Source: Bacteroidales bacterium (GTDB taxonomy: Bacteria > Bacteroidota > Bacteroidia > Bacteroidales > JAQXIO01). Taken from it: a DNA stretch of 64,000 bases. The stretch's first letter is position 1. Each line of letters begins with the position of its first letter. Positions 11,054 to 20,233 of this stretch are shown here, piece after piece. A program made the translations under genes and the position numbers. The notes under the pieces were generated by a model. That model made no database searches. It had not been told where the DNA came from and saw only the letters and a program-made list of their open reading frames with translations. The stretch is from contig JAQXIO010000053.1 of assembly GCA_029007825.1 (NCBI GenBank), positions 28,156 through 92,155 of the forward strand, given 5' to 3'.

Positions 11054-11115
11054 ACTTATAAATTTATAAATGTTGTTTGAGTTTCTACAATGAGATACTG
11101 TTTTTCATGAACTTA

Positions 11116-11123
11116 CAAAGTTA
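11116..11123 (-). promoter_or_regulatory. candidate -7 box for the mce-mmd operon
   Basis: The minus strand reads TAACTTTG about 60 nt upstream of the mce ATG. Confidence 0.4.
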
Positions 11124-11233
11124 TATTCTTTTTCCACACGAAAAAAGATTTGAACGAATAAAGTCTGGTATATAACGAACTTCAGAATGCTGTTTTTTGT
11201 TAAAAAAACAAGCTTATTCATAAAGAGCAAAAA

Positions 11234-11857
11234 TCAGAAACCAAGCTTTTCCGTAACAAGTTGTTCAATAATTTCCGCCGTCTTTTCTATGCCAAAAAGC
11301 GAAGAGTCGAGGGAAAAGTGATAGGAGGCCGATTTTCCCCACTCTTTATGTGAATAGTAGTTATAATAGTTCGCTCTGTTTTTATCTGTTTTCGTTATGA
11401 GTTCAAGAGCTTCTTGCCTACACAGTGATTCTCTCAGCATAACTCTTTCTATGCGAACCTTTTCGGGGGCGTGCACGAAAACATTTATGCAGCGCGGATT
11501 TTCCCGGAGGACAAAATCGGCACATCTCCCAACAATGACGCAAGACTCTTTTTCTACCAGATTACGCATTGCTTCGGATTGAATATTAAAAAGCGTATCG
11601 TTCGAAAAGCAACTGCTAAAAGGCGTTCCGCAAAAAGAAAAACCGGAAGAAAGGGCATAAGCCAGCTTATTCGTTGCCTGTTCATCGGCGGAATCAAACA
11701 ATTCCGGCGAGAGGCCGCTCTCTTTCGCTGCCAGATACAACAATTCCTTATCGTAAAAGGCAATACCCAAATCAGCGGCTATCCGTTTACCGATTTCCCG
11801 GCCTCCACTACCGTATTCCCGGCCAACCGTAATTACATAGTGTTTTTCTGATTTCAT
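11234..11857 (-). CDS. cytidylate kinase-like family protein (AAA/P-loop NMP-kinase fold)
   Basis: GREYGSGGREIGKRIA N-terminal loop. Length and layout are typical of the cytidylate-kinase-like family common in anaerobes. Confidence 0.7.
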   Translation of the reverse strand: MKSEKHYVITVGREYGSGGREIGKRIAADLGIAFYDKELLYLAAKESGLSPELFDSADEQATNKLAYALSSGFSFCGTPFSSCFSNDTLFNIQSEAMRNLVEKESCVIVGRCADFVLRENPRCINVFVHAPEKVRIERVMLRESLCRQEALELITKTDKNRANYYNYYSHKEWGKSASYHFSLDSSLFGIEKTAEIIEQLVTEKLGF

Positions 11858-11930
11858 AGTATATTACTGGTTCGTTTTTCTGTTTTTATTCTGTTATCGG
11901 GTTTTAACCGACCAATTTATCTTTATTTTT

Positions 11931-13334
11931 TCAACCTGCATTCTCTTTATTGTCCAGAGGTTCACCGGCATTATTACTCAGGTTATGTTTATGCATTTTC
12001 CTGAACCGCCGCATTTGATCGAACAATACCGCAGCTGTTACCAGAGAGGAAACGAGGTCTGCTGCGGGCATACTCATCCACACTCCTGTGGTACCCCAAT
12101 GGCGGGGAAATATGATCAGGAACGGGATCAGGAAAAGCAATTGTCTGGACAAAGAGAGGAAGATGGCTTTCTTAGGCATTCCGATCGACTGAAAAAAGTT
12201 GGCCGTCACCATCTGAAACCCGACGATCGGGAAGAGACAAAACACGATACGAAGTCCTTCTGCGGACAGGTTTATCAAATCTTCTTCCCTTGTAAACATC
12301 GTCGCTACCTGAAACGGGAATATCTGGCTCAACAGGAAGCCACTCGTGGTGAGCACCGTAGCACAGAAGATCGTATATTTCAAAACTTTCATAACCCGGT
12401 CATAGCGCTTCGCTCCGAAGTTGTATCCTGCTATCGGCTGCATTCCCTGATTCAAGCCCATCACAATCATAAAAAAGAGAAATCCGATGCGATTGACAAT
12501 TCCATAGGCTCCCACTGCCATATCTCCTCCATGTTCGTTCAGGCTTTTATTAATGATGATTATAACGAGGCAGGAGCATAGGTTCATTAGAAACGGAGAC
12601 ATCCCTATGGAGAGAATATCGTTTACCACTTTACGCTGCAATTTCAATATTCCTTTCTGGAAATGAAGTAATCTCCGCTTATCCAGAAAATGGAAGAGTT
12701 CTATCATCAGCGCCATTACCTGCGCCACAATCGTAGCCCATGCAGCCCCGGCAATGCCCCATTCAAACACAAAAATAAAGAGGGCATTCAGACCACAGTT
12801 TATCACAACGGAAGCGAGCATGGCAACCATCGCTTTATTGGGGTAACCGGAAGCGCGAAGAACATTATTCAGACCGAGGTAGAGATGTGTTATAATGTTT
12901 CCGTACAGGATTACCTTCATATAATCACGTGCATAAGGGAGCGTGTTTTCACTGGCTCCGAAAAAGAGCAGCATATCGTCCAGAAAAGGAAGGGCTATCA
13001 GCGTCATGCCTATACCGATGATGATATTGAGCATAATCACATTTCCCAAAATATGATTTGCTCCGTCCATATCTTTCTGTCCCAAACGCAAAGAGACCAG
13101 CGCTGCAGCTCCTACCCCTACCAACGATCCGAATGCTGCGGCAACGTTCATCAACGGTAATGTTACCGCCAATCCGGAAATAGCCAAAGCTCCTACCCCC
13201 TGGCCTATGAATATACTGTCCATCATATTGTAGAGGGAGGCAGCGGTCATTGCGACAATAGCGGGCAGCGCATAGCGGAACAGCAGTTTTTTTATGTCTT
13301 CGGTGCCTAAGGTGAGTGGCGACGATTGTTTCAT
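11931..13334 (-). CDS. MATE family efflux transporter
   Basis: 467 aa with 12 predicted TM spans and N-terminal LLFRYALPAIVAMTAASLYNMMDSIFIGQGVG, typical of MATE/NorM proteins. Confidence 0.9.
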   Translation of the reverse strand: MKQSSPLTLGTEDIKKLLFRYALPAIVAMTAASLYNMMDSIFIGQGVGALAISGLAVTLPLMNVAAAFGSLVGVGAAALVSLRLGQKDMDGANHILGNVIMLNIIIGIGMTLIALPFLDDMLLFFGASENTLPYARDYMKVILYGNIITHLYLGLNNVLRASGYPNKAMVAMLASVVINCGLNALFIFVFEWGIAGAAWATIVAQVMALMIELFHFLDKRRLLHFQKGILKLQRKVVNDILSIGMSPFLMNLCSCLVIIIINKSLNEHGGDMAVGAYGIVNRIGFLFFMIVMGLNQGMQPIAGYNFGAKRYDRVMKVLKYTIFCATVLTTSGFLLSQIFPFQVATMFTREEDLINLSAEGLRIVFCLFPIVGFQMVTANFFQSIGMPKKAIFLSLSRQLLFLIPFLIIFPRHWGTTGVWMSMPAADLVSSLVTAAVLFDQMRRFRKMHKHNLSNNAGEPLDNKENAG

Positions 13335-13362
13335 CTTAAAAGTGTTCTCGTTAACAAAATGA

Positions 13363-13485
13363 GAGCTTGTTTAAATTTTCCACAAAAAAATTTTAATCAA
13401 TAAACGACTTGCTGTTTATTTTTATATCGTTTTTCGCCCTGTTGCGAGCTAAATTAAACAGGCTCTGAGTTTTTGCACGAAGATA
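13363..13485 (-). promoter_or_regulatory. candidate promoter plus structured 5' leader of the MATE gene
   Basis: Minus strand: TATCTTCG box (13485-13478), then a 15-bp long-range helix (13465-13451 with 13378-13363) enclosing two hairpins (13447-13434 and 13420-13399). Confidence 0.3.
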
Positions 13486-13545
13486 GGCATTTTTAAGGGC
13501 AATGTAAAGTTATAAAATGCTAAGAATCATTTCTTCCGCCGAAGG

Positions 13546-15960
13546 TCAGAAGTCGAGGATGAGGCGGAAATTAAACTGCCGCCCGGTAAGGTAATTGGGA
13601 ACGGCATACTGGTAGTTAGAGACATCGGATATCCAGATATAGGAGTTCACGTTATTAATGTTCAGAAGGTTGAAGCAGTCTATTCCGAACCATATATTCT
13701 TAAAATAACGCAGGAATGACCAATCCATCACGCGATCTACGCCGGATGCCAAATGGTAAGATATGCCGATATCGACACGTTTATATGCAGGCGTGCGGAA
13801 ATAACCATTTTCATAGCCTTTACGGGGTGCTGCCGTCGGAAGTCCGTCCGATACGACTCCTTTTAAATTCAGGAGTACTTTCTTAAAACCGGGGAAATAG
13901 TCCTGGAAATAGAGCGAAACGGTATAACGCTGGTCGGAGGGCAACGGTACTTTGACTCCGTTTATATTCTGCTGCGTTTTCATCAATGAAAAAGAGAGCC
14001 ATGAATCGGTGCCGGGAACAAACTCTCCGAACAGTTTCATATCGAGTCCGGTTGCATAGCCGGACGCACAGTTTTCGCCGTAGTAACGGATTTTGACGTT
14101 ATTGACGGTATAGGGGTTTATCCTATTCAATATCTTATAATATGCTTCTGCCGAGAATTTAAAGTTCCGGTCTCCTACTTTAAACACATAATCTCCTCCG
14201 GCTATGAACTGGATGGATTGCTGCGATTTTATCTTATCGTTCAGCTTTGCTTCAAAGAGACCGTGTCCGACGGCTACTGTATCGAGCAATTCTTTATAGA
14301 AGGGTGCCTGATAGTACAATCCGGTCGCAAAGCGAAGCGTCAATGCTGAGAGTCCGTTAGGTACAAAACCGAGCGATGCACGGGGGCTTACGATCAGTTC
14401 TTTATTGAAATTCCAGTAAGAGGCTCTCAGACCTGCGTTGAGCGTAAACATACCGCCTTTTATACGGAATTTATAGGTATCCTGAAGATATGCGGAGGGG
14501 CGAACGGTGGAGAGTTCACTTCTTGCCTGAAGGCTGTAAATCATTTCTACATTCTCTCCGGTATGGGGTAACGAGTAGCCTGCCGAGTCGCGCATTTCCC
14601 ATTCTTTTATGCGGTCGTGTATTTTTTCAAACTGTACGGAGGCTCCCCACTGGATGTTATGCTTACGGGGACGTACAGAGCCGTAGACGCCTATATTCGC
14701 GACCGATGATTTCAGGCGGTTACGGGCATGTTCATGGTAGCCGCCGACGCCCACAACTTCCGCTTCCGATGCCTGCGAATTATCTACCAGTGCTTCTTTC
14801 AGCCAATATTCTCCCTGTATGTCGTAGGTTTCTTCTTCGTTGGAACTGAATCCGGATATCTGCAAACCGATGTCGCTTTTCGCATTAATTTTATGTTTCA
14901 GAAAGAGGGCTCCGAAATAGGTGTCAAATTTATCCCTTTCCTGTCCGTCAAAATAGACCGTAAAATCGCGTGCCATTTCACTCGTTCCGAAGGATGTCGT
15001 CCGGTCATGGGGGATAAACTTGTATTTATTGATGGTTATGTTTCCCATGAAACTGAGCTCCCAACGGGGCGTTATCGCATAGGTCATATAGGTTTGGGCA
15101 TCCAGAAAGTTCGGATAGTACTCTCCTTTCGTATCGAGTGTTCCCAACAGTGAACGACCGGTCTTATAACGTATTCCGGTAACCTGCGTGAAATTTTTCG
15201 TCGCACTCCCGACGTAGGCCGAGGCGCCCATAAGGCTACCGGATACGGAACCTTCCAGGCGTTCGGGTTTTTTGTAGGTAATATCGAGCACTGACGACAT
15301 TTTATCACCGTAGCGCGCTTCAAAGCCCCCGGATGAGAAATTTACCTCTTCTGTCATATCGGGATTGATGAAACTCAACCCTTCCTGTTGTCCGGAACGA
15401 ATCAAAAGGGGGCGATAAATTTCGACTCCGTTTACATAAATCAGGTTTTCATCGTAGTTTCCTCCCCGCACGGAATACTGGGAACTTAACTCATTATTGG
15501 AGGATACTCCCGCAAACGTTACAATCAACGATTCGATGCTTCCTCCGGAGGCATCGGGCAAGAGCTTCGTTCGTCCGACATCGAGCGTGGTCATGGTATT
15601 CGTCTGTTTCTTAAATTCGGAGACGGTTACTTCGCCGAGCGCATGGGATGCGTGTGTCATCCTGACATTCAACCGCATATCGCCCGAGAGCTGGGGGATT
15701 ATCCTTTCCGCTTTGTTGTAACCGAGGCATGAATATAATATACGAAGGGAATCCTTGGGTGTTACGTACAGCGTATAGGCTCCCTTGGCATCTGTCATCG
15801 TACCGTTTAAGGTTCCGGCAACCTGTATACCTGCCAATTCAATGGGGTTTCCGTCAGGGTCCACGACAATACCCGACACTTTATAACGCGATTGCGCATA
15901 TAGTGCGGCCTGAGAAAAGAGTATATATATGAGTAAGATATATTTTATCGGTTGCGACAT
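13546..15960 (-). CDS. TonB-dependent receptor with CarboxypepD_reg-like N-terminal domain
   Basis: Signal peptide, YKVSGIVVDPDGNPIELAGIQV (carboxypeptidase-regulatory-like), a plug region, and a long beta-barrel ending in a terminal aromatic (NFRLILDF). No SusD partner is adjacent. Confidence 0.85.
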   Translation of the reverse strand: MSQPIKYILLIYILFSQAALYAQSRYKVSGIVVDPDGNPIELAGIQVAGTLNGTMTDAKGAYTLYVTPKDSLRILYSCLGYNKAERIIPQLSGDMRLNVRMTHASHALGEVTVSEFKKQTNTMTTLDVGRTKLLPDASGGSIESLIVTFAGVSSNNELSSQYSVRGGNYDENLIYVNGVEIYRPLLIRSGQQEGLSFINPDMTEEVNFSSGGFEARYGDKMSSVLDITYKKPERLEGSVSGSLMGASAYVGSATKNFTQVTGIRYKTGRSLLGTLDTKGEYYPNFLDAQTYMTYAITPRWELSFMGNITINKYKFIPHDRTTSFGTSEMARDFTVYFDGQERDKFDTYFGALFLKHKINAKSDIGLQISGFSSNEEETYDIQGEYWLKEALVDNSQASEAEVVGVGGYHEHARNRLKSSVANIGVYGSVRPRKHNIQWGASVQFEKIHDRIKEWEMRDSAGYSLPHTGENVEMIYSLQARSELSTVRPSAYLQDTYKFRIKGGMFTLNAGLRASYWNFNKELIVSPRASLGFVPNGLSALTLRFATGLYYQAPFYKELLDTVAVGHGLFEAKLNDKIKSQQSIQFIAGGDYVFKVGDRNFKFSAEAYYKILNRINPYTVNNVKIRYYGENCASGYATGLDMKLFGEFVPGTDSWLSFSLMKTQQNINGVKVPLPSDQRYTVSLYFQDYFPGFKKVLLNLKGVVSDGLPTAAPRKGYENGYFRTPAYKRVDIGISYHLASGVDRVMDWSFLRYFKNIWFGIDCFNLLNINNVNSYIWISDVSNYQYAVPNYLTGRQFNFRLILDF

Positions 15961-16050
15961 TCGTTAGCCACTTTAGTTGTAGAAACGTGAAAATCGCGAA
16001 GAGCGTATATATTCGGGGAAGAAAAGTTTCTTTTCGTTCAAAATTCCCCC

Positions 16051-16514
16051 TATTTCTGCAGAATCCAAGAGGTGTTTCAGATAAAACCGGTAAAATAAAA
16101 TTTCTTTTACTTTATCTCTCAATGTTCACTGTCGTATGCAAAATACAGAATGCTTTCGGGAAAACTGTAAGCGTAGCTGTTTTTTTGCTTACTTTCATTA
16201 TATTTGAATAATATAGGATGTATCCCGGCAATCTTTAAGAACAAATTTTCACGATTGCGCCCGACTTTCGCTATATTTGCGTTGTTACGCGAAGATAGGA
16301 CGTGTCTCAGCAAAAAGTTCAAACAAAGTTTGACTTTCTGCGTTCGACTTTCACTATCTTTGCAAAATATAGGGTGTGCCCGGACAAAATGCAAAGTTTG
16401 CTTCGATTTTGCCTTGCGGTTTTCTCTATATCTGCAAACAAATACGCGAAAACAGGCTATACCTCAGCATAACCAAGTAAACTTGTTTCTGTTCCCGGTT
16501 TGCACTATTTTTGG
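16051..16514 (+). repeat. tandem array of degenerate promoter-like cassettes (72-83 bp units, about 155 bp dimer)
   Basis: TAnnTTTG-like boxes at 16051, 16199, 16272, 16355, 16427 and 16506. ACTTTCnn recurs before the boxes and AGGnnGTnnCnC(G/A)GCA after them. Confidence 0.7.
16227..16364 (+). repeat. dispersed repeat core, copy A
   Basis: 138 bp aligning to 36192-36328 with 15 substitutions and 1 indel, counted by eye. Confidence 0.85.
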
Positions 16515-16534
16515 AAATAATAATAAAAAAAGCG

Positions 16535-17092
16535 ATGAATAGTTTTGCCGAATTAATAAAAAAGCGCCGTAGCACACGCAAATTTACCGACCAGTTACTT
16601 ACTCCGGAAGAGGTAGAAAGTTTATTAAAAGCCGCATTAATGTCTCCGGCATCCAAACGTGCGAATCCGTGGCAGTTTGTCGTAATCGAAGACAAGGATA
16701 CTCTCCAGAAGCTTTCATTATGCAAAAAACAGAGTAGTGGTTTTATTGCCGACTGTGCTCTTGCCGTCGTTGTGATTGCCAACCCGCTCGACAGCGATGT
16801 CTGGATCGAAGACGCTTCCATTGCCTCTATTTACCTGCAATTACAGGCCGAAGAGTTAGGTCTCGGTTCGTGCTGGGTACAGGTGCGCAACCGCTTTACG
16901 GCTAACGAAGTGAGTTCGGACGAGTATGTGAAGGAGGTATTGAATATTCCTTATTATATGCAGGTTTTATCTATTATCGCAATCGGTCATAAAGATCAGG
17001 AGCGCAAACCTTTCGACGAATCGCACCTGCAATGGGAAAAGATTCATCTGGGAAGCTACAAAACGCCGGAGACACAAGAAGGAGAAAAATAA
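16535..17092 (+). CDS. nitroreductase family protein
   Basis: ELIKKRRSTRKF FMN-binding N-terminal motif. Start set at MNSFAEL (16535), which sits correctly behind the -7 box at 16506. Confidence 0.85.
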   Translation: MNSFAELIKKRRSTRKFTDQLLTPEEVESLLKAALMSPASKRANPWQFVVIEDKDTLQKLSLCKKQSSGFIADCALAVVVIANPLDSDVWIEDASIASIYLQLQAEELGLGSCWVQVRNRFTANEVSSDEYVKEVLNIPYYMQVLSIIAIGHKDQERKPFDESHLQWEKIHLGSYKTPETQEGEK

Positions 17093-17114
17093 AAGGCCCG
17101 AAATTCCTGTAAAG

Positions 17115-17897
17115 ATGAATGAGTGCTCTCTCAAAAAGATCGTATTAATCGGCGCGGGCAACCTTGCCACACGGTTGGGCATCGAATTACAAAAACGGGG
17201 ATGTGAAATCATACAGGTTTATTCGAGAACCGGACAATCTGCCCAGATGCTCGCCGATATTCTGCATGTTCCTTACACTACCGATCTGTCCCAATTGAAT
17301 GAGGATGCGGATCTTTATGTCTTTTCACTGAAAGATAACGTTCTTCCAGAAGTTATATCCAAAGTCCGATATACAGGGGGGCTATGGGTTCACACGGCTG
17401 GAAGTGTGGATATCGAGGTATTCAACGGATATACTCCACGTTACGGTGTTTTCTATCCGCTTCAATCGTTCAGCAAGTCTCGGGTTTTCGATTTTTCAAA
17501 AGTGGCAATTTTTACAGAGGCAAACAGTGAAACGGATGCTTCGGCTTTGATTCAACTGGGCTCGCTGTTGTCGAGCCGTGTCGTTCCGATGTCATCTGAA
17601 AAAAGAAGGTATCTTCATTTATCAGCCGTATTTGCCTGCAATTTCACGAATCATCTTTATACCATTGCTTTCAAGTTATTAGAAGAGCACGGCATAGACG
17701 GTACGGTACTGTTGCCTCTGACCGAAGAGACAGAGGCGAAGATTCACGAGATGCATCCGTATGACGCCCAAACAGGACCGGCGGTGCGCTTCGATACAAA
17801 TGTAATCGCAAAACATTTAGAGTTGCTGAACGATCCGGAGCTTCAGTCTGTTTACGAGCTTATCAGCAATCATATACATAAAACGCATACAAAATGA
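17115..17897 (+). CDS. Rossmann-like / DUF2520 domain protein
   Basis: IVLIGAGNLATRLG dinucleotide-binding loop. The C-terminal half resembles DUF2520. Overlaps kdsC by 4 nt. Confidence 0.65.
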   Translation: MNECSLKKIVLIGAGNLATRLGIELQKRGCEIIQVYSRTGQSAQMLADILHVPYTTDLSQLNEDADLYVFSLKDNVLPEVISKVRYTGGLWVHTAGSVDIEVFNGYTPRYGVFYPLQSFSKSRVFDFSKVAIFTEANSETDASALIQLGSLLSSRVVPMSSEKRRYLHLSAVFACNFTNHLYTIAFKLLEEHGIDGTVLLPLTEETEAKIHEMHPYDAQTGPAVRFDTNVIAKHLELLNDPELQSVYELISNHIHKTHTK

Positions 17898-18415
17898 GCA
17901 GTATTCCTTACGATCTGAAACGTATAAAGGCTTTTATTTTCGACGTGGACGGTGTTTTATCGAAAAACGTTATTGGTATGTCGGAAACGGGAGAGCCTCT
18001 CCGCACGGTTAATATAAAAGATGGTTATGCATTGCAACTGGCGATAAAAAAGGGTTATATAGTAGCAATCATTACCGGTGCGTATACGGATGCGGTGCGT
18101 ATGCGTTTCGAACGTTTAGGTATTCAGCATATCTATATGAAATCGGCTATAAAGACAATCGATTACGAAGATTTCATGCAAAAGATGCACCTTAAGGACG
18201 AAGAGGTCGTGTATGTTGGCGACGATATTCCGGACTATGAGGTGATGCAGCGCGCCGGCTTACCTATCGCTCCTGCTGATGCGGCTCCGGAGATCAAGTC
18301 GGTAGCCAAATATATATCGCCTATCAAGGGCGGCGAGGGCGTGGCACGTGAAATCATCGAACAGGTTATGAAGATACACGGCAACTGGTTTATGGACGAC
18401 GCTTTCGGCTGGTAA
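17894..18415 (+). CDS. kdsC: 3-deoxy-D-manno-octulosonate-8-phosphate phosphatase (HAD, KdsC family)
   Basis: HAD motif I FIFDVDGVLS and motif IV VGDDIPD. Its 173-aa size is typical of KdsC. Confidence 0.85.
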   Translation: MSSIPYDLKRIKAFIFDVDGVLSKNVIGMSETGEPLRTVNIKDGYALQLAIKKGYIVAIITGAYTDAVRMRFERLGIQHIYMKSAIKTIDYEDFMQKMHLKDEEVVYVGDDIPDYEVMQRAGLPIAPADAAPEIKSVAKYISPIKGGEGVAREIIEQVMKIHGNWFMDDAFGW

Positions 18416-18436
18416 TTTATAAAAAACGGTTTTATC

Positions 18437-19030
18437 ATGAATATTCAGGAAGTAGCCCAACGCTACCAAATTATACTGGCGTCCAATTCCCCACGACGCA
18501 AAGAGTTATTAGACGGCCTTAATATTCCTTATTCGGTGGTCAGCCTGCCGGATGTGGACGAATCGTTTCCTTCTTATTTACAGGCCGAAGAGATTCCTCT
18601 CCATATCAGCAAAAAGAAGAGCGAGGCTTACCGACCGATGATGAAGGATAATTCGCTGCTTATCACTGCCGATACTATCGTGTGGCACGAAGAGAAGGTT
18701 TTCGGAAAACCAACCGACAGGGAGGATGCCAAAAGAATGCTGCAATCTCTTTCGGGTAAAACCCATCAGGTTATAACAGGTGTAACTCTCAGCACAAAAA
18801 ACAAGGAACGGAGCTTCGCGGCATTATCGGAGGTACGGTTCGCTCCGCTCGAAGAGGAAGAGATCGAATATTACTTAGATCATTACAAGCCTTACGATAA
18901 AGCGGGTTCGTACGGTGTGCAGGAGTGGATCGGCTACATCGGGGTAGAGTCGATCAAGGGTTCTTATTTCAATGTCATGGGGCTTCCGATTCAACGCCTT
19001 TATATGGAGTTACAGCATTTCGCGCTATAA
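18437..19030 (+). CDS. maf: Maf family nucleoside-triphosphate pyrophosphatase
   Basis: ILASNSPRRKELL, KAGSYGVQE and MGLP motifs. Confidence 0.9.
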   Translation: MNIQEVAQRYQIILASNSPRRKELLDGLNIPYSVVSLPDVDESFPSYLQAEEIPLHISKKKSEAYRPMMKDNSLLITADTIVWHEEKVFGKPTDREDAKRMLQSLSGKTHQVITGVTLSTKNKERSFAALSEVRFAPLEEEEIEYYLDHYKPYDKAGSYGVQEWIGYIGVESIKGSYFNVMGLPIQRLYMELQHFAL

Positions 19031-19213
19031 CAAGAAGGTATCTTTTCTACAACTGTCAGAATTTTCCACAAAATAATTATATTGTTTTGCGTTTCTTTCC
19101 GGCTTTATCCGTTACATAGTCCGTTTTGCTTCTTATAAAAACACAAAAATATTCTCGTTTTTTTCAAAACAGCGGCGATAAAAATCCTAACAATTATTGA
19201 AAAGAGATTTCCG

Positions 19214-20233
19214 TCAGGGCTTGAATATGTATTTTTCGATGCCCAGTGATTTTATAATTTCATGATGTCCATCGGGTGCGGCATAAATCATAAGGTATTC
19301 GACTTCTCCATTCAGTTTCTCCGCTACTTTTTTCGCTTCATCGAGTCCTAATGCCATAAATGCCGTAGCATAGGCATCGGCGGTCATGCAGTTCGCCGCA
19401 ACAATCGTAACACTGAGGAGGGATTGTTCGGACGGATAACCTGTGCGGGGGTCGATGGTGTGTGCATATTTTTTTCCGTTTTTTACATAGAAGTTCCGGT
19501 AATTTCCGGAGGTGGCAACGGCTCCGTCACAAACAGCAAGAACTTCTTCGATCTCATTTATCGAGCCGCTCTGGTCGTCAATGGGCTTATTTACTCCTAT
19601 GCGCCAACATTCGCCTTTCGGGTTGTGTCCTTTCATTTTGACTTCTCCTCCGATTTCGACCATATAGTTTTCAATGCCATGACGTTCAAGGAGGTTGCCG
19701 ATCACATCGCTGGCATATCCTTTGGCTATCGCAGAGCAGTTCAACATCACACGGGGATCGTCTTTTTCTATTTTTTTACCGTTTAGCCGTATTTTGCGAT
19801 AACCTACAAATTCTTTAATACTATCTATTTTTGTCTGTGTTACCTGATCGGAATTCGCAAAGCCGAAGCCCCACAGGTTGATTAGCGGTGCACAGGTAAT
19901 ATCAAAAACTCCATTCGTATTTGCGGACACTTCCATCGCTTTATCGAACACTGTCGTAAAACATTCATCGACTTCGACAGGTTGATTATTATTTACTTTG
20001 GCAATGATGGATTCTTTATTAAAGGGATTCATCGAGGCGTCAAAACGCAACAGTTCTTCCTGTATTTCCTTGCTTAAAGAGTGGGGGGACTTATATTTGA
20101 TATGGTAGATTGTCTTAAAAATGGTACCACTATCTTCGTAGTATTCTCCTTTTTCCGCACAAGCGGGCAAAAATGCGAGGATCATCAAGAGAGCGCCGAT
20201 ACGCTCTATTATGTTCTTATTCATAATTTTCAC
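19214..20233 (-). CDS. apbE: FAD:protein FMN transferase (ApbE) lipoprotein
   Basis: Lipobox LPAC, ATSGNYRNF and HTIDPRTGYP motifs. Confidence 0.9.
   Translation of the reverse strand: MKIMNKNIIERIGALLMILAFLPACAEKGEYYEDSGTIFKTIYHIKYKSPHSLSKEIQEELLRFDASMNPFNKESIIAKVNNNQPVEVDECFTTVFDKAMEVSANTNGVFDITCAPLINLWGFGFANSDQVTQTKIDSIKEFVGYRKIRLNGKKIEKDDPRVMLNCSAIAKGYASDVIGNLLERHGIENYMVEIGGEVKMKGHNPKGECWRIGVNKPIDDQSGSINEIEEVLAVCDGAVATSGNYRNFYVKNGKKYAHTIDPRTGYPSEQSLLSVTIVAANCMTADAYATAFMALGLDEAKKVAEKLNGEVEYLMIYAAPDGHHEIIKSLGIEKYIFKP

Noticed and set aside
13363-13465. The 15-bp inverted repeats flanking 72 bp upstream of the MATE gene could mark a Bacteroidales invertible promoter (inverton).
   Set aside because: The enclosed segment is much shorter than the invertons I know of (roughly 150-300 bp). 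It contains no outward-facing TAnnTTTG box that inversion would reposition. No tyrosine or serine invertase gene is nearby. An RNA-structure interpretation fits better.
16119-16394. Minus-strand ORFs at 16119-16394 (91 aa) and 36102-36287 (61 aa) share a peptide (NFLLR.[VI]LSSR...NI.KV..NRENLFLKIA), which could suggest a conserved small protein family.
   Set aside because: The similarity comes from the dispersed DNA repeat. At least 8 of the 16 nucleotide differences between the copies change an amino acid, so there is no synonymous bias. The second ORF overlaps the 3' end of nusB. Neither ORF has a promoter box in the right orientation.
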